Part shown: in pieces, positions 13,631 to 25,275 of the stretch
Layout: every line of letters starts with the position of its first letter
Position numbering within the stretch: the stretch's first letter is position 1
NCBI GenBank assembly: GCA_040437565.1
Contig: JBDOQK010000021.1
Span: 124,074 to 187,970 of the forward strand
Length of the DNA stretch: 63,897 nt
Direction of reading: 5' to 3'
Origin: Albugo candida
Taxonomy: Eukaryota
Notes under the pieces: generated by a model
Seen by the model: only the letters and a program-made list of their open reading frames with translations
Databases searched by the model: none
What the model was told of the DNA's origin: nothing
Translations under genes and position numbers: made by a program

Positions 13631-14907
13631 TTACCGAGCGCGCGCACTAAATGTGGTGTAGATAACCGAAAGTGCTGGAATTGTTGAAGTTCTCGATCTC
13701 TGATCGAACATATGACGATTGCTATCGGTCCAAGCGAAGTGCAGCGTCACCTCTTCCAATGCAAGCCATGAATCTGATATGATTTGTTGATAGTCCTTCC
13801 ATATCGGCTGTAGTGCTGGAACAATTGTAAATGCAATATGTGGCCAACCTGTTAGAGAGGACAAAAAATGATCCCAACTAGGTACTAACTCCCTCCATAA
13901 TTGTGCCGTGTGATGGCACTCTAGAAAGAGAAAGTGATCGTATTCCACTGTCCCACACGAAGGCTGCGCTCATAATATAATGTTGAGCCGAATATCCAGC
14001 AAAAACCAAAAACGAGATCGTACTGGCAACATCCGAAAGGCCAGACGAAACTGTAAATATTCAAAAGCGGGTAATACTCGTCTCCGAAAGTTCCAACTCG
14101 TTCCGAATCCAGTGCTTCTGATCTCTCCCTTGATGACCAATGTGTAAACATCGAATGACTCTTGGTTGGTTCGGGAGGTTTCCAGACGATTTGTGAGAGT
14201 TTCGAGAGAGGCATAGAAGAAAATAATGTTTCCTCTCCTTTCTTTGTACTCCCACATATTAGGATCTTCCACTTGTGTCTCGTTGGATCCAACTGATGAG
14301 ACCAATCGTCGAGTGGATACGCTGGAGAATCTGAGTGACTTCATTGTAAAGTCGACTCAGCAACTTTTCTTCAGACATATCCGACGTGTTCAGCTCTTCG
14401 TCGTTGTAATACATGTCGACAAAATCTTCCTTCGTTGGCCATGTGTCGCTTTCACGAAAAATGGCTTANNNNNNNNNNNNNNNNNNNNNNNNNNNNNNNN
14501 NNNNNNNNNNNNNNNNNNNNNNNNNNNNNNNNNNNNNNNNNNNNNNNNNNNNNNNNNNNNNNNNNNNNGTGTCGTCCACAACTTGCAGCTGCCTTTTGGT
14601 CACCCTGTGACAAGGCAGTGACAGTACCGCACGTACCGCCGGTACCACATCCGACACCGACACTGGTAGTACCTGTATTACCCTATACCCGTCACACTGG
14701 GGGTGAGGGTACTTTACACGTCATCACACAGGGGTGATGACTCATGAGGGCTGCCACGTCACTACAAGTGGACGCTAGCACCCTGAGTTGTGTTGATATG
14801 TCGACTTGGACCATTGTTTTCGAGAGGAAAGAGTTGAAAAAAAGTAGTTTTTCGAGTTGTGTTGTACTAAATTGGCGGGCTACGTAGTAGCCGGCAAATC
14901 GAGAAGT
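13631..14907 (-). mobile_element. L1-like LINE copy: 5' end/ORF1 start at about 14907-14570, body hidden in N-gap, degenerate ORF2 C-terminus 14468-13631
   Basis: 14690-14907 is an inverted homolog of 35293-35570. Downstream fragments EYLQFRLAFRMLPVRSRFWFL and HFLFLECHHTAQLW...SVIYTTFSA resemble zf-RVT tails. Confidence 0.7.
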
Positions 14908-14920
14908 GGGTCGTATAGCT

Positions 14921-15526
14921 CAGTTGAGGTTGTCTATTTCACTAGAATTAGACGTAAATGACTTCTCTAAATGCCTAGACGTCAATAAATGACATATAAT
15001 ACATGCAGATGTGGCTTGAAAGGTCCCAGAAATTGAAGCTGGCGCGATTGAAGACGTTTAAGTAGAATCACTCAACTCAGACTTATAAGCGCTGACGCCT
15101 TCGTATCAGAAGATCTGATCTCCCGGATAGATATCTTTTTGCTGAACCTGATTGCAATAGGCCGAGCAAAACCATCTGAAGCTGATCAAAGTGTGCAGAA
15201 TCATAGCACTGATGTTGATAAAACCGAATATGGGCACTGAATGTGCTGTAGATCACCGAAACAGATGGTCCTGTTGGTGTTGAAGATACTTGGTCGAAAC
15301 GTCTTCTATTCCGATCCGTCGAGATGAATTGGATCAAAATGGCAACCAATTCAAACCAAAGATCTTCCAACACCATCCTGAATGGCTTCCACCTGTCCCG
15401 GAGGAGAGGACGTCGTAGACACGCAATGTGAGTCCACTTAGGTCGACTTGAAAAGAACGCTGTCCAAGAAGTAAATAGCTCCTCCCAAATCGGGTGTGTC
15501 CTACTACAGTCGAAAAACAGATGCTG
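14921..15526 (-). mobile_element. 3' end (zf-RVT tail plus 3' UTR) of another copy of the same LINE family
   Basis: HLFFDCSRTHPIWEEL...SVIYSTFSAHIRF is homologous to 13631-13948. Its 3' UTR (ctaggca..tagagaagtca..gtctaattctagt..atagaca..tcaact) matches 35716-35773. Confidence 0.75.
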
Positions 15527-15626
15527 NNNNNNNNNNNNNNNNNNNNNNNNNNNNNNNNNNNNNNNNNNNNNNNNNNNNNNNNNNNNNNNNNNNNNNNNNN
15601 NNNNNNNNNNNNNNNNNNNNNNNNNN

Positions 15627-16580
15627 TTATCCGAAAATCTTATCCAGTATGCCTAAAGCTTCGAACACGATCCAAAGGATCCCTATAATCAAAGAGAAAA
15701 TCGCCGATACAATGTTGACGGCGAGCTCCGCAAAAGTTGACTTCCCGGTAATTCTTGCGGTACACTCCCCATAAAAGGCTGCAAATATCGCCATTGTCAA
15801 GATTGATGCGATGCAAAAAGAAGCTAAATACGCTGACGATGTCACTGGATTTCGTAACGACACCGCTGGAAGTACTCCAAGAACACCACCAGGCCCAGCA
15901 ATTCCATGACAAATTCCGACACAAAGCGCTGTTAACTTCTGAGTCAACGGATGCTTTAATTGGTTATGGACAATTCCTTGTTCTTTGGTAGACTCATCCA
16001 TAACGTAAGCATCGATGATATCTTTAGATCCTTTTGCTTTAGATGTACTTTCTTGCTCACCGCAACTGACCATGTCTGGCGCCTCCGTGTCACTCACAAA
16101 ATATACCGAAGCAGCAGAAGATTGCTCCTCTTCATTTGAATCCGTCGACAGCGCCGAGCTTGAGTCGCTTCTCCGCTTGCGTTTTTTTACGGACTGATAA
16201 ATGGAATAGAGACCCAAAAGTATCATAAGTACGCCAACACCGTAGTTCACATAACCATTGACACGGCTGAGATCGATAGAGCGATCTGCTGCGATGATAA
16301 TGACTGCCATGATGATGAGACCGATAGAGTGTCCACATCCCCAACGAACGCCTAGCCAAAAAGATCGCCAGGATGAGCTGGACGTCATTGCGGCCAGTGC
16401 GCTAAGATGATCAGGACCTAGTTGTGTACAACATAAATCAGTAAAAACGCAGACAGAAGGGTGATGTGTCGGTATCGTACCGGTAATCACATGAAAAAAG
16501 CCTAACAACAATCCTGTTCCGACCAGTTTGATGAAGGACGCGTTCGCTAGGGCGGCATGACTGTGATCCGCTTTATTCAT
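15627..16580 (-). CDS. Nickel/cobalt transporter (NiCoT/HoxN-UreH-like) multi-pass membrane protein, 2 exons (intron 16418-16480)
   Basis: His-containing motifs GFFHVITG|PDHLSAL, WGCGHSIGL, GICHGIAGPGG; several hydrophobic helices; acidic Ser-rich loop. A 63-nt in-frame GTACGA...CTAG intron with TACTGAT branch-like site restores HVITGPDH. Confidence 0.8.
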   Translation of the reverse strand: MNKADHSHAALANASFIKLVGTGLLLGFFHVITGTIPTHHPSVCVFTDLCCTQLGPDHLSALAAMTSSSSWRSFWLGVRWGCGHSIGLIIMAVIIIAADRSIDLSRVNGYVNYGVGVLMILLGLYSIYQSVKKRKRRSDSSSALSTDSNEEEQSSAASVYFVSDTEAPDMVSCGEQESTSKAKGSKDIIDAYVMDESTKEQGIVHNQLKHPLTQKLTALCVGICHGIAGPGGVLGVLPAVSLRNPVTSSAYLASFCIASILTMAIFAAFYGECTARITGKSTFAELAVNIVSAIFSLIIGILWIVFEALGILDKIFG

Positions 16581-16888
16581 CTGCACCGTGTATTCTAATC
16601 AGCTATGCGATACTACACTGTGGAAATACGCTGCTGAATTATTGTCACAATTGGACAAGAAAATAAGTGATTAGTAGGGTAATTGGTGCAAAAAGTGGTC
16701 TCATTTTTTCAAAGTTGTGCACACTATTATCGAAACGAAGTGATTAGGAGGGTGAAAGCTGCAAAAGTGGTCCCATTTTTCTTACAGTTGCGCACATTAT
16801 TATCGACACGAACTGTGACGTCCTCGAGTAATGTGCAGAACTTGACCGTGCTTCACACCATTTAGGAAAACCGAATTTGGTCCAAAGC

Positions 16889-18135
16889 TTAATTGGACCC
16901 CGCAAGGATTTGGATTTTCGCGACGATTGCGTCACCCATTTGCTTCGTGCCGACCGTAGCATCAGCATTAGACGTCAAATCACATGTTCGCAATCCGTCT
17001 TTCAACACACTTTCCACCGCAATCTCAATCAATTGAGCTTCTTTTTCCAGCTGGAAGGAGTATCGCAATAGCAGAGCTGCCGACAGAATCTGAGCAATGG
17101 GATTTGCAATCCCTCGGCTACTGATATCAGGTGCTGACCCTCCAATTGGCTCAAACAAATGGATACGATCACCCAAACTGGCAGACGGCATTAGCCCCAA
17201 AGAGCCCGGCAAGACTGAGGCCGCATCGGACAAAATATCTCCAAACATGTTGCCAGTTGCAATGACATCAAATTGCGATGGGTTTTGAATCAATTGCATA
17301 ACAGCATTGTCAACGTACATAAAGTCGAGCTGTACTTGGGGGTACGTTTGACCAATTTCTTTGGCCACCTTACGCCACAATCGACTGCAATCCAGTACGT
17401 TGGCTTTATCCACCACGGTCAACTTCTTAGAGCGCTATTAACCGGTTCATTAATAATGGTGACCCGAACCGAAGATCGGACTTACATTCATGGCTGTCTC
17501 AAATGCGAATTTCAGCGGAATCGCAATTTCGTCTTCAGTGTAGCGCATGACGTCTGTAGCGACTTTACCGTTGGTCTGATGCTCACCAAAGTAAATCCCA
17601 GACACAAGTTCACGGATGATAACCATATCGACGCCTTTTTCGATGATGCTTGGTTTCAATGGGGATAAATCCGGAAGCATGGAGTAGATCTTGGCTAAAG
17701 TGAGAGTGGGTCAGATAAAGTGTCAGTAGTTTTGGAGTGAGGTTACCAGGCCGAATATTCACAGCCAGATTGAACTTTTTCCTTAGGCCCAATAAGCAAT
17801 TTTTCTCGGCATCTTTCCACTGCACAAATTAATACTTTGTTACCTGTGGATTTTGAGGGAAATGAAAGACGTACTTTTGGATGCTCTTGTTCATTGGGAG
17901 GACCACCGACAGAACCAAATAGCACGGCGTCGGACCTTTCAATGAGATCAATGGTTTCGGACGGAAGATGGGATTGATGTTTGTCGTAGGCTGCACCTCC
18001 ACATAGACCATTTTCTAGCTGAAATTGGTGACCGAAAAGCTTTGCAATTGTTTGTAGCACTTTGGTGGCTTCAGCGCAAACATCTGGACCGATTCCGTCG
18101 CCAGGCAACACGGCGATTTTGTAAGCGTTCGTCAT
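16889..18135 (-). CDS. leuB: 3-isopropylmalate dehydrogenase, 4 exons (introns 17820-17874, 17695-17746, 17435-17485)
   Basis: [99 protein letters not shown]. Three 51-55 nt GT-AG introns join the ORFs into one frame. Confidence 0.96.
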
Positions 18136-21100
18136 ATAAATGGATGGCGCGCAACGATTCGGATACTGGCCAATCAGAGCATCAATCAATTACATTATAA
18201 CGAATCAGCGATTGACGTGTACCTTCCAGCACACAAGAAGGTATGAAGCACATCCTCGCTCTGTTGTAGCGACACTGGATCATATTCAGTCTTGTCCACG
18301 CTGCTATGGTATCCAAATGTCCCGTTTTTGATATGAGATGTTTCCACTAAACATCGATGACAGCGTTTATTCGAAAAGGAAGCGATAGGCAGGACTATAC
18401 ACCACTATACATCTCTTTCTATATGAGAGTACCGTGCTTCTGTGTCTTGAGACATTGTGTGGGAAGCCTCATCGCCTTATAAGTAGCCAAAATATACCTA
18501 TGTAATATCTTAAAGGAGCTTGGAGAAGTGACGTAAAACAGTAGGTACAGCTGATTGATCCGACTTTCCTTTTGCTCTGCCATGTGCACTTTTCCATTGT
18601 CGCTGTGACCGCAGCTTCGATGCTTTTCCAGTCCTGAGATAGAATGAATGCGATGTCGACATTCTCATCAGTACTTGTGATCATATTGGGATTGAGATCT
18701 TTACGCAAGATTCTTTCTCACACGTTACGGTCCTTGATATCCATAGTATCCGATCCTCGAGTCCTCGAGCGCCAGACACTCTACCAAGTCTCCGGTCAAC
18801 TTCGCCCATAGGCCCATTGATGAAAAACTTGAATCCTGTGGTCACTTGCGACTCCATCGAATAAACGAGAAATGGTCGTTCGACCAATTTGATGATAAAA
18901 ATACGAACTTCCCCGGAACTAACAGATGTCTTCTCCACATTGACCATGATACCGGATGAAGAATGCAAACCCAAGTTACTCCCAGGACCCATTTCCTCTG
19001 CATATCTGCTTGTTTTGTAAACTTTTATTGCCAGTGGTATTTGACTACTATAAGTTGGTAACACAAGTCTTCTTACTAGGAATATCTCACAATGGTCATA
19101 TTTGTGATCATTTCTGGAGTAGTATCATTACAAAATGCGGGGAAGGACTCTAAAGTATATGATGTCAATGGTTGTACCGGATATTAAATCCACTTACGTA
19201 TCAGGGAACTACTTTTTCTGCAGAGATAAAGATTTGGACCATTGTATGCCAAAAGAGGAGACTGTGCCACATGTAAAATGCACGTGAGATGACTTGTGAA
19301 TGTTATAAACACATGGTCTCTAATATCTACTTTCCAGCACGTACTCGGTCGCTTCTTTCGCCACAGAGTGATTCCAGTCTTTCTAAAGAGAGACATTGCG
19401 AGCTGCCTCTCCTTCAAAAGAGTCATCCATAGATAGGCTTTGAGGACGCTTTGGCGAGTTCTTGTGCACTGATGGGCTGAAGGAAGTTGGCCGCTATTAC
19501 TGAAGAGCTAGTATTCGTGTAGAGGACATCATGTACTGGTCGGAGATGTCTGTCTTCGAGAGCCTTCGTGAAATCAAGTGAATCGCTCGCCTTTGACAGA
19601 TTCCTTCCCAATGCTCAGGTGTGGAAGAGATCTTTTTGTTTCTCTGCACGAGCCCTTGTTCGAATTCGTACTTGATTGTGTGGATGGTAGCCAGCCTCAA
19701 TCTCCTTCGAATTGACCTCCAGCTTGGCCTTGACGAACGCGTCCAATCTGTATTATTGCCAGTCTTTGTGAACACACGCGAATAGATCGGTCGCTCGTTC
19801 TGCTACGCTATTTGATCAGCTGCAATGTGGCGATACTTTTTTGCTTTAGTCTTTTGGCTCTGAGTGTACGTGTACTGCTTTGCGACATCCTCACTGAAAC
19901 AGTACAACAATTCGATATGTTGAGGTCCATACCTGCCACCACTTCGCTTCCACAGCCTCTGCTTCCTCATTGCTCATATCGTCAGTATACGGCTCTGGCG
20001 ACGTTCTGCTTCTTGCCGACAAGATCTCGTCTTCACAGCAGGATGTAGCATGAAACGTCGTCGATGTCAATTATTTGACTGTACTTGTAGTCCCAATTCG
20101 AAGACTTTCATGTTGGCTTGGAAGAAGGTCTCCTACATATTGTTTTTGTTGCAAAACAACTCGACTTTGTTAGTATCTTGAACTTGCTACCGTTCTCTTT
20201 GGTAAATAAAAGATGAACTAAAGTGGTTGTCCAGAACAATGTGTCTGAGAATCACTGACGTACTTGTACAAAAGTAAGTATCAAGGCTTTTTGTCAGCCA
20301 CATCCATCGCCTCTGTCATTTCCAGCCTTCCACGCCAGTAGTCTTGAGACTTGCATTGAATCTCGCAAAATAAAAGATACTGCTTGCTTGGCAGCAGTAA
20401 TCTTCGTGCTTTGTGATCCAGATGTGATTGAATCCGATCTCGCATCCTCGTTCGGTTGTCTTGGTCTTTCTCACCCGGTCCATCAGGAATTCCTTTTACC
20501 AAACGCAGTTCGTGTAGGCTATAATATCTCCCACGAAATGTTGCTTTATATTGATCTCAAATGCACTCATCGCGTGTACTGAACTATAATCCAGCACAGT
20601 ATTCAGGTGCGTATATGAGAGAGAGGCGTCTTCTGAAGGCAGTAACGATTCATAATGTTGGCTGGTGAATTTGATTTTAAAAGCTTTGGCAATCGCAGAG
20701 AGTGGTCGGTCTATGCTTTTCTGCTGACGCACTATTTTGAATACTGTATCCATAAAGTCGGTATTGTGTGGTGGTGATGAATCCTTTTGATGGATGAAAT
20801 ACGACGTACTAATCTTGGTACTTTCGTAGGAGGAGACGTCAGGTTCCGGAGGCCTGTCTCTGAATTCCAAAACGCACCTCCTTTCTGAGTCAAACGATAT
20901 TTGGTTGAACGTTTCTTGATTCTCTGTAGCTCAATCTTTTAGTTGAAAAGAAGACTTGATGACCTCCCGAGTGATTGATAACCAAACTCTTTCTGTATCG
21001 GTCGGCTTATCGGCCCCAGTTTCTGATTTGTGTGCGAAAACCCTTCTCACATTCAGTATCAGTTCCTCCACTCTCGATTCACTTTCAGACCAGGTAATCA

Positions 21101-21853
21101 AATCAGCATTGCTGTCATCGTCGTGTAACTCTATATCCTCTTGACAAGACGTATATCTGAGCCGATCTGGATACTTTTGTCGCCTGTATGCATAATCCAA
21201 GTAATTTCTGGAACGACGTGCATGGATTTTGCTCAAAGCAGCTTCAAAATTACGATATGACGTACGATCTCGTCAAAATGTGCACCAATATTGTCAATGA
21301 GAAACAAGTATCCCTTCCTATTGTGTATTACTGCCATCTTGATCATAAAGCCTCCAGCCAGTATGAAACAACTCATGATCACTGCAATGAAAGTGCGAGA
21401 TGCAAACCATATCATTCAAAGTAGTCGACAAGCACTCAACATGAAGAATGTAATGAATGTCTCGTCCATCGATCAGATTTTGTACTTTTAAGCATTTTTG
21501 ACACCATAGAACGTCTTCAATTAAGCTCTCTTATACATAAGGCTCCTAACCCTTCACGGGAAGTTACCGAAGACCCGGAAACGCTTCCTATCGTAACGAT
21601 GTCCAACTTTGGTCTGTGAGAGTAACCTGCGCTGAGGTCATCTCATGAGCCATTGGTTTCTATAGCTGATACAGCAGTAATGTCCACACCTGTTCACTCA
21701 CCGGTTTAACGACACCGAAAAGCGCGTCAGGTTGCTTTAAAGACTTTCTTGTGGTCTTCAGACTTGCGCTTCATTGAGTTATGTAAAGGAGCGGCGATTT
21801 ACATCAACGACGTGATTGGATGCATTTTGACCAATCATTGAGTTGATGCATTC

Positions 21854-22540
21854 ATGTCGGTCGTAAAGGTTGAAGTTGAGTTGGGAAGCAACCAAAAAGG
21901 AACGCTTTTTGTTCGTTGTTTCCGAGTAAAGGAAAAAGAAGTGAGAATTGATTTGATAGATGGATCGCTTGTTTGGTGTATCACAGTTGATGAGAGCAAC
22001 ACACCGCCAGCTTTGGACCTGGCTGGGACGCAGTATTTAGAGATTCTTGAATCGATATTTACCGTGCCTTCTCCGATAAGTAGCGATCAAGATGAAAAAG
22101 AAAATACTTTGGGTTACTTATTTCACTGGGATCCTACAAACAGCGTGCTTACACTATCCCAGGAACTTGAGTTGGATGCCAAGAAGATTATTAAGACGAA
22201 ATTCACAGCGTTGCAGTTCACTTTAGTGCCAGCAAAGGAGCTGGATTTGTACTGGAATATGTTTATGAAGGAGATAGTGTCGTACCAGCTGGATTTAAAA
22301 CGAGAAAGGGAAAAAATGGAACACGTTGCAGAAGAACGAAAACGTGTCATTTTGGCCAAAGATGTGACAGTAAAAGCAGCAATTGACACAAAAGCAAAAT
22401 TAGAAAATCACATTTTCTGTTCATTCATCGATCTCTTAAACGCGAAAAAGGAAAGAATTGAACAATTAGAGTGCGAGGTACACACATTACGGTCGAAAAA
22501 TGGCAATTCGTCTACGAAACAGCCGTTATCCAATAATTAA
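21854..22540 (+). CDS. XRCC4: DNA double-strand-break repair protein XRCC4-like
   Basis: 228 aa ORF: beta-rich head (IDLIDGSLVWCITV), long coiled coil, and KAKLENHIFCSFIDLLNAKKERIEQL matching the XRCC4 ligase-IV-binding helix pattern K..LE..(L/I)(Y/F)..F..(V/L)LN.KK.(K/R)I..L. Confidence 0.75.
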   Translation: MSVVKVEVELGSNQKGTLFVRCFRVKEKEVRIDLIDGSLVWCITVDESNTPPALDLAGTQYLEILESIFTVPSPISSDQDEKENTLGYLFHWDPTNSVLTLSQELELDAKKIIKTKFTALQFTLVPAKELDLYWNMFMKEIVSYQLDLKREREKMEHVAEERKRVILAKDVTVKAAIDTKAKLENHIFCSFIDLLNAKKERIEQLECEVHTLRSKNGNSSTKQPLSNN

Positions 22541-23029
22541 AACGGTTATATGACAATATTAATACTATCACACCAACATCCAACTCAACCCACACATGAC
22601 GTAGCACAGTCAACGCACAGTTTTCATCTCTCCGCATAACATCAACCCGTACCTCCAGTTTTGACGCATGACGCGTCCTCTTTCGCATATGACCCCGCCA
22701 TCCATTAGGTAGTATTAAAGAGCATGTCATCTCATCATGTCAAGGACTGCCCAAAGACTCAAATCCTTCGTGCAAAAATCCTTTGNNNNNNNNNNNNNNN
22801 NNNNNNNNNNNNNNNNNNNNNNNNNNNNNNNNNNNNNNNNNNNNNNNNNNNNNNNNNNNNNNNNNNNNNNNNNNNNNNNNNNNNNGCCATCCATTAGGTA
22901 GTATTAAAGAGCATGTCATCTCATCATGTCAAGGACTGCCCAAAGACTCAAATCCTTCGTGCAAAAATCCTTTGGCTGTGTGTGCATCAAGAAGGCTGAT
23001 TCGGCGACCATCGCGACTTCTTATCCGAT

Positions 23030-24100
23030 ATATACTACAGGCAGGCAAGGCTCGAGAATAATGACCGATCTTGTCATTGCAGGGTCCATTTCCAATGGTA
23101 TCGCAAACCTAAGAGCATTTGACGGCGGTTGGGACAAGTCTGAGAAGTATCCATAGAATCAGAATAAGGCGCTCTCGATATCAGAAGAGATGACAATGCA
23201 AAATACATAAACGATGAAACACTTTTCTCAAAGGAAGTACGTAGAGAGAAATAGGACTGCTATTGTATCGTGAACGGATGAGCATGACAGTCAACATACA
23301 TGCACTTGATTTTCGAACTTGACTTTGGCAGTGAATATGGTATTTCAGACGACGAGGTTGACTTTATTGCTGAGCGATGTTGATATATAGTACAGACAAG
23401 CTCCATGCTGTTTTCATACAGGCCGAAGCTCTTAATAATAACTGGAGGAGTACTTCAACTTAAGATAAATCTATGTAAATGTCGTGGGTCCTACTGGTAT
23501 TTGCATATAAATTGCGGAATACAGAGTCCAGAGAAATTGTTGATCATAACACTTGTTGGTAGCATCAGGCCATATAGCGAACGAATTCGAGTGTTGCTGT
23601 GAATGGTGAAATAGACGGCGTATACTATAATCAGTATCAAGCAGTACATCGTTCTGTATGGTCACGAATCTAGCGTCCAACGTCCAAGGTCCAAATTCCA
23701 CATCCCAAGTACCACGTCCAACGATTACGATACGTTCCCAGCTTCATAGACATATCTTTGCAATGAATAGCAACCCCTCTAGACAATCAGTGGAAATACT
23801 TGAGTTTGTGTGGGGATTAAATGTGTAATTGCTTCCAAAGAGTGGCTTAACTGGAAGTTCACTTTCAACAGGTCGGTTCACAGGCACCAAATCAAAGGAA
23901 GTGAGATCTTCACCGAATGCTTTGGCAGGATATCTCGCACCATGCGCAGTACTTTAATCGCTTCACGACCAAAAAATTATCGAATTCCAACAGAAGGACT
24001 TTTGTTGAGCTTGGAGTTGACCAGACGGACGCTCTTGTCCGTAATTACGAGCGCATTTGCATACCCAAACGTTCATTTTCCAACTCCACATAACATTGTG
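23030..24100 (+). repeat. Diverged segmental duplication, paralogous to about 61125-62040
   Basis: Shared blocks: ggcaaggctcga..atgac..tgcagggtc; gcgcagtactttaatcgcttca; gagcttgga.ttg.ccagacggacgctcttg. Homologous minus-strand ORF text DYSIRRL.H.SQQHSN.FAI. Confidence 0.8.
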
Positions 24101-24640
24101 AGAAGTTCCACTAACATTTCCATTACAATTGAAAGTAAATGACAAATAGTTGTGCATACTCGGTATATTCTTGGAGTATTTAATTTTCAGTCTAATTGAT
24201 TCCACCATCTCGATGATAACAAAACAAACTCTGGTGTCAAACACCTTGATTGTGATGTCGTCTCCATGATGAAGTGCCATTCACTTGGATTCGTACTTGT
24301 TCTCAGCTAAGAGCCAGTCGTCTGCATACCATCGTGTGGAATCGAAAGAGAAGCGCATTATCAGCCGATTTCTCGGAAGAAGAAGCAACTAATTGGGTCG
24401 CATTTTTCCATCCTTCTCAACTTGATATAGTGCGTTCGACGCAGCAAAATAATGTCACAAGAAGGGATTGTTATAAGTGATCAGTTGAACTTGATAGCTT
24501 ATCTATAAGATGACGCAGAATATTTTATTATATCATATCAAGACCGAGAACATGTAGAATAGGGCGAGAATCCTTACAACACATGTAAGATTCGTTCTGC
24601 ACATGCTATAATACTCGTGAAAGGAAGAAGAATCTTATCA

Positions 24641-24765
24641 ATGACGTAATGTCAGCTGGATGCAATGGTGTGTAATTTCTTACACTTTGGTGTGTGATTT
24701 AAGCACAATAAGTTGATTCACAACTCAATTTGCTTTCGACCCCCCAGTGACCAAAAGCTTCAATC
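24641..24765 (+). promoter_or_regulatory. Conserved family promoter (CAGCTGGATGCAA box plus INR/FPR-like TTCACAACTCAATTTGC)
   Basis: Near-identical blocks precede paralogs at 29603-29724, 38587-38714, 45154-45270, 49943-50056 and 53050-53165. CAATTTGC resembles the oomycete FPR core-promoter element. Confidence 0.65.
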
Positions 24766-25275
24766 ATGGTCTATCTCATCTACCTAGCTTTCGTACTCGG
24801 TCTCTCCGCTCTTGGCATCGCTGAGGATACAGTACGAAATTGTAAGTCAAGTACTGGACTTGATTTTGGGTACATAAAAAGCTCATGCCCAGTCCTCCCA
24901 CCAAACAGTTATTATCGAATGTATTGCATTCGATATTATTACGGTCAATATTGTAAGCAGCATGAGAAGGAGGCTATTCTCTCAATGCTTCAGCAAATCT
25001 TTGTATTCAAGGGAGGTCCAATTCGATCCATAGCAGAAACACCAAATTTGACGCAACTTCAACTAGCCGCTGTGTTTTCGTGCTATTTTTATGGTTACAA
25101 GTCAAACAGCAATGATGAAGCAAAATTGTCTTTTTTCAAAGAGGTTGGAGACTATCTCTGGGAACGTCCTGTGGTTGACGGTATACTACCTAAAACCAAG
25201 GTAAATCGTTACGGATTGATACTCAAGATGGCTTCATTTTGCCTTACTAACGTCCCCGTGCACATTCCAAAATAG
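24766..25275 (+). CDS. Secreted Cys-scaffold protein, family paralog A (candidate effector)
   Basis: 169 aa; hydrophobic N-terminus MVYLIYLAFVLGLSALGIA; C-x12-C-x8-C, YFYGY, C-terminal Cys; family promoter upstream. Confidence 0.8.
   Translation: MVYLIYLAFVLGLSALGIAEDTVRNCKSSTGLDFGYIKSSCPVLPPNSYYRMYCIRYYYGQYCKQHEKEAILSMLQQIFVFKGGPIRSIAETPNLTQLQLAAVFSCYFYGYKSNSNDEAKLSFFKEVGDYLWERPVVDGILPKTKVNRYGLILKMASFCLTNVPVHIPK

Noticed and set aside
15627-18135. Bacterial operon or contamination (leuB beside a Ni transporter)
   Set aside because: Both genes have spliceosomal GT-AG introns and lie among eukaryotic retroelements.
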